NCBI RefSeq assembly: GCF_006345805.1
Contig: NC_043007.1
Coordinates: 59,706,001-59,770,000 of the forward strand
Reading direction: 5' to 3'
Source of the DNA: Octopus sinensis
Lineage: Eukaryota
DNA length: 64,000 bases
Shown here: in pieces, positions 53,693-64,000 of the stretch
Layout of the letters: every line of letters starts with the position of its first letter
Numbering within the stretch: position 1 is the stretch's first letter
Notes under the pieces: generated by a model
What the model was told of the DNA's origin: nothing
What the model saw: the letters and a program-made list of their open reading frames with translations, nothing else
Databases searched by the model: none
Translations under genes and position numbers: made by a program

Positions 53693-54356
53693 AACAAAGG
53701 GTGAAATTAGTTAATTACGAAGTAATCAGTAATTTCAATAAGTAGAATTCAGCATATAAAAGACCAATTCATGGTAAGTTAAGTAATACTAAATAATTAG
53801 GGTTCAGCAACGATTTGCCTCACCACATACTGAAGTTTAGAAATAGCAGTCAAAATCTTGGCTATTCTTTCTACTTTAAAGGGAGATCCCAGAGAAACCG
53901 AAGCACTCAAAAGCAAACCACGCAGGTAGAAGGGAAAAAGATGACGAAAATCATTCTATATTAAGTTGCCGACGGACGCGCGTTTCGGAATTAAGCGAGA
54001 ATAGAGCATAAATAATAATTAATTATACCTTACCTGACTATTTTCCTCATCGGCGTAGGATTCTTCAACTATAAATAATTGCGTCTCAATTATTAATAAT
54101 TGTGTATTAAATTTGAAGGCACTGGGAATCATCACTTCACCTCACGGTATCAGAGAGAACGCGCGTCCGTAGGCAACTTAATATAGAATGATTTTCGTCA
54201 TCTTTTTCCCTTCTACCTGCGTGGTTTGCTTTTGAGTGCTTCTGTTTCTCTGGGATCTCCCTTTAAAGTAGAAAGAATAGCCAAGATTTTGACTGCTATT
54301 TCTAAACTTCAGTATGTGGTGAGGCAAATCGTTGCTGAACCCTAATTATTTAGTAT
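53693..54356 (-). mobile_element. PLE-type pseudo-LTR with 199-bp inverted copy, in (TA)n
   Basis: 53786-53984 inverted at 54158-54356; homologous to the 61507 unit. Confidence 0.8.
53969..54059 (-). ncRNA. Type I hammerhead, CCGATGA core, extended stem II
   Basis: CCTACG-CCGATGA-GGAA..TTCC-GAAA-CGCGCG-TC-CGTCGG; the inverted copy has CGTAGG. Confidence 0.75.
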
Positions 54357-55268
54357 ATATATATAATGTATGTGTGTATGTATGTATGTATGTGTGCGTG
54401 TATGTCGTGTACGATATACCAGCAAATTCAAAATTGTACTCATTGCCAAGGGACGGAAGTAATTTGTGGTCAATCATAAATACATGCATCCGTGTGTATG
54501 CGCGTGAGTACGTACGTGCGTGTGAAAGAAATAGAAAGAGAGAAAAAGAGAGAGTGTATATATGTATATACACTTATACATTATACACCTTAAATACATA
54601 CCTACACCCCCACACACCCACAAACACACACATGCAATCTTTATCTAGAATCATTACCTGAAACCCTGTTATCCTCGCCCACGAACCGCCGACCACGGCT
54701 TCTACTTCTCTCGCCTGAAAACTACAGCAATTCAACAAGAATGAAAGTTCAGCTACTTGAAAAGTAACATGCCAAGACGTTACTTCAATATCCGCTGTTT
54801 TGCAGATTCCTGGGGTTCCAAAGATTACAAGCTAAGGGTTTCAGAGAACAAGTTTATTCATAGTCCACGTGAAGTCTGACAAACAAAATAATTAATTAAT
54901 CGACTATTTATACACAGTCCTCTCTCTCTTTTTCTCTCTGCCTGACTATCTGTCTGTCTCTCTCCTGCCTCTCTCTTTCTCTAACTTTGTAAAATGTTTA
55001 ATTTAATGTAATTTCTTTGCCTCGGGTTATTCCATGCTGACGATATCAAATGAGGATGAAATGGTGCTTCACATGGCTACCTACGATTACAAATGTTAAG
55101 TTCTGTATATTGTGTAAGAAAACAGAAATATTAAATGTATATCTTTTGTACACATTCTTGTTCATTTAAGATTCAAACTTCCACTTCTACCTTAACTTAA
55201 TCTAGAACTGATTGTCTACCTTCCTTACGATAGCCGATCACCAGGGTAAACACACATATATATACATA

Positions 55269-55363
<95 letters not shown>

Positions 55364-55367
55364 GTAC

Positions 55368-55414
<47 letters not shown>

Positions 55415-55834
55415 AAACACACATGTATACACACACACACACACACTCTCACACAGGCATGCATACGAACTGTTTTCTTTTTCGCCACAGTTTTTTTACC
55501 CTAATGCCTATCACCATAAATTAATACGGAGTTTAATTTGCTGTTTCATTCGTTTTATCTTACATTCTTTTCCCCCTTCTCTTATCTATTCTCTCCGTTT
55601 CTCGAAGTCTCCGGCCTATGGAGAATTTCCCAAGTTAAGGGCGATTGTTCAAGGTACACTCGATGTTAGGCTCACACCCGTAAAAGTTACTAAACAGAAA
55701 TATTCTCGTAAATTCTTACTGGAGGTATCCCGTTTTTAGTCATTTATTGCTAATAAAATGCTTATCTGTTTGAAATCGATGACAAATTCATTGTTCATAA
55801 TCCTTTATCATATTTTACATTCACTACTTGCTAT

Positions 55835-55866
<32 letters not shown>

Positions 55867-55961
55867 TGCACACAAAAACACACACAAACACACACAATCA
55901 CACGCAAACACGCACTCGTATATTTGTTTGTGTGTGAATGAGTGTGTGTGAGACAGAGTGT

Positions 55962-56048
<87 letters not shown>

Positions 56049-56697
56049 TGTGTGTGCATGTATGTACATATGCTGGTACACATGCGCTTACAAACAATCG
56101 ATTGATAAAAAATTTTGAATGTCTCTCCACAAGCTGTCACCGCTTATTACATTATTATGTTGGTTTTTCTGTAGTTCATTCGGTTCATTGTACAAATACT
56201 GCCATTCAATTCAATTTTTGTAAAAAATAGATTTTATATATTCTAGTTTATAAATTTAAAACTGGTTTGATGTCTCTCCGCAGACGCAAACAATAGGTAA
56301 TTGATTGAACAGTTGGACGCTTTTGCGTGGAATTCAAAGAGAGACCGTCGGCCTATATATAGTAAGAGAATAATATACAAAAGGAAAAGGCACCCCATAA
56401 CTGTGTTACCAATCTGATATATGCAAACACCCTCTATGGGTTTCAGCCACAAATGAAACTTTCGAGAAATAATTCTCAACTCTTCACTCGTGTTGTTCAA
56501 GAATTTGGCATTGTCGATTGACTAAGCCCTGTACTCAGTCTTTTCATCTTCGTCTACTGCACGACCTCTTTCGTTATAACCCTCAGGTAGTAAAACGGAC
56601 AAAATTACAATAGAATTTATTTCAGTTGTTATACATTGTGACAACGAAGGTGTCACACTTTTAATTTATGTATTTATATTTATCAAATTTATCAAAT

Positions 56698-57083
56698 GCG
56701 CGTAGGAGTAGCTGTGTGGTAAGAAGCTTGCTTCCCAACCACATGGTTCCAGGTTCAGTCCCACTGCGTGACAACTTGGGCAAGTGTCTTCGACTATAGC
56801 CTCGGGCTAATCAAAGCCTTGTGAGTGGATTTGGTAGATGGAAACTGAAAGAAGCCCATCGTATATATATATGTATGTGTTTGTGTGTCTGTTAGTCCCC
56901 CCTCCATCTCTTAGGCAGCCGGTGTTGGTGTGTTTCTGTCCCCGTAACTTAGTGTTTCGGCAAGTTACCGATAGAATAAGTACTACGCTTATCAAGGATA
57001 AGTCCTGGGGTCTATTTGTTCGACTAAAGGCAGTACTCCAGCATGGCCGCAGCCAAATGACTGAAACAAGTAAAAGAGTAAAA
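56698..57083 (+). mobile_element. SINE family A, full length
   Basis: Complete head, core and tail AAGTAAAAGAGTAAAA. Confidence 0.9.
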
Positions 57084-58933
57084 TTTCTACGAAAGTTAGA
57101 TCAACAACAAATCTGTTTTAAGGTGTATTGCTTGAATATCCTCTTGGATAAATCGTCACAATCTGATGGTACTATTGATGACAAGTGCCATTCTATGACC
57201 TCCAAATCAGAGAAGGCTTTTTGCCGCCTAGTTTTGGGCCTAGAAATATGATCTCTGGTTCCCTTGATCGAGTCCTTCTTTCAAATCATAACCATTTTGT
57301 TCTCATTCAAATAAAGATGTTCTCTTAGTTTGCTGTATGTCAATTTAAAAATAACTTCCAACAGCATCGCCGTTCATAGCGTTGAAAATTTCCATCCCAA
57401 TTAGATAGGATTCTGTGTGAGTTGATGGAACTTAGAGCAACACCAGCAATGTGATATGAACTGTGGTCTCTTCGATCGGTCATTCAAAATATTATCAGCT
57501 GGTGTGACTGCGGCTCTTGTTTTATTAAATAATTATTGAAAAACCAATACGTGTGAATTTGTAATCTACCTTCCTTAAAAATCTTTCGATGATATCACCT
57601 CTTCTGTCTAATTTAAATGAGGACCTTTCCAAAGTGATAGAACTGCAAGCGGGATGATTGCTGTCAGTTATCTAGGATAAGGATAACCTTTTCCCCTTTA
57701 AGCATTTGTAAAGGTCAATTGAATCTATGAAAGGTTAAGTAACGTCGCCTACCCTTTTGAGTTGACATTTCACTTGCTGTTGATTTACTTCGTAATGGAA
57801 TTGTTTTCTACACAGAAACACTGTTATGTCTTCTGGTTAGAATTGCTCCTGCTGCTGCTATTGTCATTATCTTAATAACATCTTTAAATAATAAACTGAA
57901 TTTAACTAAACTTTTAAATTTTACATCTTTAAGATATCGTTTCAATTTTTTGTTTAAATAATAATTACACTTTCTCAAGTAAATATCACAAAAATACACG
58001 TATACAGTGGTCCTTTATATTTTATTTTCGATCTAAATGGTTTGTCAGCCATTATATTTCTTAAAAGCCGAAAGCCATTTTCCTTTGGTTTATGTAAACC
58101 CTAATACTTCTAATTAATGTTTAAACATGGTTCCTTCGATTTCTAAACAGATAATGTATAATTTGATTAAACCTGTCTGTTTTTGTATAGTAGCCACGGT
58201 TAATACCTTGCTTGTCTTGTGTATCGCATGTGATACACAAGGCACATTTCCCTGGCGTCCATGCATCACTTATGATGAACGTTCCCAATTTTTTCAACCA
58301 CTGGAATAACTTGGGACTAATGAAAGGAAAGCTTTATATTATTCTGAACGTACGAAACAAGGACTAACTAAAAGTCTGAAAACAAGCTTAGAAATTTACA
58401 AGAAAATGCATTGGATAGACAAAGGATAAATCAAATTGATAGGATCTCGACCTATTAATCTACCAGTCAAATAATACTTCATCACACACGATATATTCAA
58501 GTATAAGACGATCATCTCTTATTATTTAACCCTAGGTCTGCCCTAATGAGGCAGATCAATGGTGACTGGCATCCTAGTTATGATCACATTTTGTCTTCTG
58601 TACCATCTGTCTACATCCAGATGCTTCAATGTGTCCCATGTCCCCTTTAAGGTGACGGATAAGTGAAGTCGCTACAGTGTCGGACAGAATACTCTACAGT
58701 ACTTGTTCCGATTCTCTGCGCTCTGAGTTTGATCCTGATATGGCCTATTTGGGGGACAGACTTTACCCGACACACGGATTAACGTCTTTCTCTGGACCTT
58801 TGGGTATTTTTAGCGGAGTTCGAAGATACCTTCCTTTCATTCATTAGTTTTGGAGGCCATGTAAGGGTAATAGGCATTGCCTTCTCTCCTAACTAAAAGA
58901 TAAAAAGGAGCCAGTCCAGCTAACTTTATATAT

Positions 58934-59020
<87 letters not shown>

Positions 59021-59344
59021 CAAGGCAAGAATAAAAAACAGATTTCACGGTCAAGTCCCTTTAACAAATTAAATCACTTCGCAGTATCAATTCAAGTATA
59101 AATATACAAATTAGGAAAGCGTATAATTCATAAATGTACCTGCATTAATATGTTTGGAGCAAGCATTCAAATTTCATGAATCGATGACGAGATTAGAAGG
59201 TAGGATTCCAAGGAGCGCTGGTTTTCGAAGAATTAGAAACCGCTTATCGTGATACTTTTTGGGACGGGGCACTTCAGATAACAAGCTGACAACGAATAAG
59301 CAGAAGGTACAACAATTTCTTGAGCATACTGACCGCCTGATAAT

Positions 59345-59560
59345 ATTGGTTCTAAATTTTGGCGCAAGGTCAGCAATTTTGAGAGAGGACTGAGTCGATG
59401 ATATCGACTCCAGTGTTCAACTGGTGCTTATTTTATCAACCCCGAAAGGATGAACGGCAAAGTCGATCTCGGTGGAATTTGAACTCAGACTGTAAAGACG
59501 GACGGAATGCTGTGAAGTATTTTGCCTGGCGCGTTAACGACTCAGCCAGCTCGCCGCCTT
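59345..59560 (-). mobile_element. SINE family B
   Basis: CCCGAAAGGATGAACGGCAAAGTCGA core and head. Confidence 0.85.
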
Positions 59561-59779
59561 TGACCGTGTAATAATATTGTCCGTGATTATAATATACAGC
59601 TTCCATTGTAGTTGATGATTGCGTAATATATTTACGTATATTACCGCAGGGCCGACTTTACATATCAGCGATGGGTAATAGAACCTGTAGATTGCCAGTG
59701 TTTGTTTTTATTTTCGAAATATAAATTCTACAAATAAATTCACATAAGAACATCATGATCATCATACAACACTCACTCA

Positions 59780-59833
<54 letters not shown>

Positions 59834-60145
59834 CCTATCTTCATGAGCCCAGGACTCTTTCTTTTATTGATCACCTACGTGGTCTCTACTCACGCTAGAA
59901 AGAGTAGTCAAATTGCTTTTGAGTCACATTGTACGAAGTAGCATTTCACAAATGTGGTTCAACATATCATAACTCAGGTGAATAAATAAATAAATAAATT
60001 GTGTTAACACAAGTCTGCTGGTTGGTCTGAGGGTAGGGGTCAAATAAGAACAACAAAAAACACAAAAGCAAAAGCAACGCCAACAACAACAACAACAACA
60101 ACAACAATATTCTAACCGAATAAGATGGCGTTGGTGTCTTAAGAT

Positions 60146-60191
<46 letters not shown>

Positions 60192-60244
60192 GAAGAAATA
60201 GCAAAGACGACATAAACAGCAACAAAGAAAACAACAATAAAATT

Positions 60245-60296
60245 ATCATCATCAATACCATCATCATCATCATCATCAGCACCATCATCATCATCA

Positions 60297-60340
<44 letters not shown>

Positions 60341-60400
60341 CCATCATCATCAACAACAACAACAACACCAACAGCAACAACAACGACAACAACAACAGCA
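60245..60400. repeat. (CAT)n/(CAA)n arrays
   Basis: Directly visible. Confidence 0.95.
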
Positions 60401-60718
60401 ACACGAAGCTAGCTTTGTTCAATGGCTGTCCATCGTTGTTGAATCTGTTCAGCTTTTGCTTTTCAAAGAGTGTGAAATGTTTTCTTTGACCGGTCCATCA
60501 CTTAGTATTTTTGACCGAAGCACACGAAAGGTCAGTTGAAATATCAAATATCGGAAAATTTCCATCTGATGTAAATCTCTGGAACACTTAAAAATAGTTT
60601 TTCTCGCAAGAATTAACTGCTTCTCAAATCTCCACACATACATACAAACATACATACACTCGCACAGATTCTATCCCCTCTTTCACCATCTATCTATTTC
60701 TATCTCCTTCTATTTATC

Positions 60719-60800
<82 letters not shown>

Positions 60801-60815
60801 ATCTATCTATCTATC

Positions 60816-60882
<67 letters not shown>

Positions 60883-60889
60883 CTCTCTT

Positions 60890-60980
<91 letters not shown>

Positions 60981-61041
60981 TAAGCACACATATCCATATA
61001 CATATATATCTATATATACATATATATACATACATATATGA

Positions 61042-61225
61042 ATGGTCAGTCGCAAGAGAGGAAGAGGCCGACCAAGAACCCGTTGGCTTGACACCATCAA
61101 GAGTGATACCGGAATGGACATAGCCAATCTGAAAGAAGTGGCCCAGGATAGAACTGACTGGAGGACACTGATCCAACGAGTAACCGAGAGTCGACTTCGA
61201 CTGAGCGGATAGATAGATAGATAGA
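61042..61225 (+). mobile_element. RTE (BovB-like) LINE 3' end with (GATA)n tail
   Basis: RKRGRGRPRTRWLDTIKSDTGMDIANLKEVAQDRTDWRTLIQRVTESRLRLSG* (stop 61210-61212). Confidence 0.9.
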
Positions 61226-61238
61226 AAGATATGTATAC

Positions 61239-61312
<74 letters not shown>

Positions 61313-61313
61313 T

Positions 61314-61345
<32 letters not shown>

Positions 61346-61714
61346 GTAATACTAAGCAATAAAGGTTTAGCAACGATTGCCTTGCCACATACCGAATTTA
61401 TAAATAGCAGTCAAAGAGTTATAGCTATTTCTTCTACTAAAAAGGGAGATCTCAGTAAAAACAGCAATTGGAAGGCAGGCACAAACAGGTAAGAGAGAAT
61501 GAATTGACGGATAACCATATTTTATCTCAGTAGATGACCACAGCATCTTGTTTTGGCTACACGCGGGTGGGAAGGGGCTGGTGACACAATCTTTTCATTC
61601 ACACATTGAATTTGGTGATACTAGTTGCGGATTCTAGCTCGCTCTGATACTGAGTTGAGTTGGTGCCTTCTAGTATCTCAAAATTCAATATATAATCATT
61701 TATGATTATAGTAT

Positions 61715-61813
61715 TCTACGCTGAAGAGAAAAGAAGTTTTGGTGAGATAGAATTATTTAATATTTAATTCTTATGCTTTCTAAAAACTTGATTTCGAAAC
61801 GTACGTCCGTAGA
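61715..61813 (+). ncRNA. Type I hammerhead, intact core, extended stem II (copy 1)
   Basis: TCTACG-CTGAAGA-GAAA..TTTC-GAAA-CGTACG-TC-CGTAGA; predicted cleavage after C61807. Confidence 0.88.
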
Positions 61814-62303
61814 TAACTTAAAATTGTATGATAGATTGCCGTCAATTCATTCTCTCTTACCTGTTTGTGTCTGCCTTCCAATTGCTGTTTTTACTGAGAT
61901 TTCCCTTTTTAGTAGAAGAAATAGCTATAACTCTTTGACTGCTATTTCTAAATTCGGTATGTGGTAAGGCAATTCGTTGCTAAACCCTTTATTGCTTAGT
62001 ATTACTTAAATTTTCCTCGAATGAGGCTTTTACATGCCGAAGACTACTTGGTGTAATTGATAATTATTCCAAATTAATTAATTTCACCCTTCATTATTAC
62101 GGATAACCATATTTTATCTCAGTAGATGACCACAGCATCTTGTTTTGGCTACACGCGGGTGAAGGGCTGGTGACACAATCTTTTCATTCACACATTGAAT
62201 TTGGTGATACTAGTTGCGGATTCTAGCTCGCTCTGATACTGAGTTGAGTTGGTGCCTTCTAGTATCTCAAAATTCAATATATAATCATTTATGATTATAG
62301 TAT

Positions 62304-62403
62304 TCTACGCTGAAGAGAAAAGAAGTTTTGGTGAGATAGAATTATTTAATATTTAATTCTTATGCTTTCCTAAAAACTTGATTTCGAAACGTACGTCCGT
62401 AGA
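62304..62403 (+). ncRNA. Type I hammerhead, intact core, extended stem II (copy 2)
   Basis: Same motif as copy 1; predicted cleavage after C62397. Confidence 0.88.
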
Positions 62404-62772
62404 TAACTTAAAATTGTATGATAGATTGCCGTCAATTCATTCTCTCTTACCTGTTTGTGTCTGCCTTCCAATTGCTGTTTTTACTGAGATCTCCCTTTTT
62501 AGTAGAAGAAATAGCTATACTCTTTGACTGCTATTTCTAAATTCGGTATGTGGTAAGGCAATTCGTTGCTAAACCCTTTATTGCTTAGTATTACTTAAAT
62601 TTTCCTCGAATGAGGCTTTTACATGCCGAGACTACTTGGTGTAATTGATAATTATTCCAAATTAATTAATTTCACCCTTCATTATTACGGATAACTATAT
62701 AATATATATATATATATAGTGACGTATTTTTGCCATTTCAATATGGCTAACCCCTAAGGGTGGATGCTACTG

Positions 62773-62805
<33 letters not shown>

Positions 62806-63158
62806 TTGTGTGTGTGTGTATGTGTGTTGTGTGCGCGCGCGTGTGTGTGTGTGTGTGTGTGTGAGTGTGTGTGTATTAAATAAAATGAGACAGCAACGAT
62901 GTGAGATGGCTAAATAGAGGGTAATGTTAGAGTTCAATAAAAGGAGTTATTTTGGAAAAGGAATAAGGAGTATATAGGAAAATAGTAGAATGAATGTAGA
63001 AATAAAAATAAATATGTATAAAGATGTTATAACTTTCACCACACATAGACGCCATGTGCACAGTGCTGTCCTTAGACGTGAGTACACTGGGTAGTTGCCC
63101 GCTGGCCTCACATGTCCATGGTCTTCTGGATACCAATACCTCTCTCTCTCTCATATAT

Positions 63159-63194
<36 letters not shown>

Positions 63195-63290
63195 CACTTA
63201 TATAAACATGCACAGATAGACAGTCACAACACACACACACACCAATGCACTAAACATCGCAAACACACGCTTGCTGTAGATCACATTCGT

Positions 63291-63430
63291 AGAAGCGCAT
63301 GGTTTGGTGGTTAGGGCGTTGCAGTCATGATCGAAAGATTGTGGTTTCGATTTCTGTTGCTCCAGTCCATTCAGCTGGCAAAAATGAATTAATTCTGCGA
63401 CAGACCGACGTCCCGTCCAAGAGGTGTAGG
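63291..63430 (+). mobile_element. tRNA-derived SINE (family D-like head), decayed
   Basis: TGGTTTGGTGGTTAGGG..GGTTTCGATTTC. Confidence 0.6.
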
Positions 63431-63711
63431 ACGGAATATATAAGCCACAAAATCCGGCAAATTGACTTTATGAGGTCATGGTTCGGGATGGATCTTTGAT
63501 ACTGGATTTCTAAATACCACACACACACACAAACACACAGACACAGACACACACACACACACACACATACACACACACACACACACGTCACACACATGTC
63601 ACCACCATCACCACTACCACCATACTTACCATAAATCACATTCACACACACGCACACATTCCACAAACCACACACACACACATATATATACCATATATCA
63701 CACATATGAAT

Positions 63712-63890
63712 GCCCATGGCTCAGTGATTAGAGTATCGGGTTCACAATCATAAGGTGGTGAGTTCGATTCCTGTGTCGGGCTGCGTGTTGTGTTCTTGAG
63801 CAAGACACTACTTCACGTTGCTCCAGTTCATTCAGCTGTAGAAATGAGTTGTGACGTCACTGGTCCCAAGCTGTATTGGCCATTGCCCTC
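63712..63890 (+). mobile_element. tRNA-derived SINE (family D-like)
   Basis: TGGCTCAGTGA..GAGTTCGATTCC..GTGTTCTTGAGCAAGACAC. Confidence 0.75.
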
Positions 63891-64000
63891 CTTTACTAGG
63901 TGCAATACCATGGTCATTCATGAGCGACGGGGGTCTTTGCCCTTTACCACACATAGAGGCCATGTGCACAGGGCTGTCCTTAGACATAAGCACATTGGGC

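Larger units (their letters stand above)
61346..62695 (+). mobile_element. PLE-type / retrozyme-like structure: inverted 5' fragment plus two tandem about 590-bp units
   Basis: Units 61507-62098 and 62099-62686; 61346-61510 is the reverse complement of about 61839-62008; (TA)n on both sides. Confidence 0.85.

Overview
Eukaryotic, AT-rich, microsatellite-saturated non-coding DNA. The SINE families and repeat composition look octopus/cephalopod-like (inference). No intact host gene is supported; almost all ORFs in the track are microsatellite translations. The window holds many tRNA-derived SINEs of at least three families, decayed LINE fragments (RTE, CR1/L2-like, REL/HERO-like), Penelope-like element (PLE) RT fragments, a Ty3/Gypsy pol relic, mariner and DD41D transposase relics, and MITEs. 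The main unannotated signal is a set of about a dozen type I hammerhead ribozyme (HHR) motifs or half-motifs from several sequence-distinct families. Most have a palindromic stem III (CGTACG, CGCGCG, CAGCTG, CCTAGG, CATATG, CGCG) and an unusually long hairpin extension of stem II. They sit in PLE-style inverted or tandem pseudo-LTR structures next to (TA)n tracts. Highlights: a ~590-bp tandem unit with two core-intact HHRs (61507-62695, retrozyme-like), a compensatory U3-A8 core variant (21949-21990), a recurrent CCGANGA core variant, and target-site duplications lying outside the (TA)n tails.
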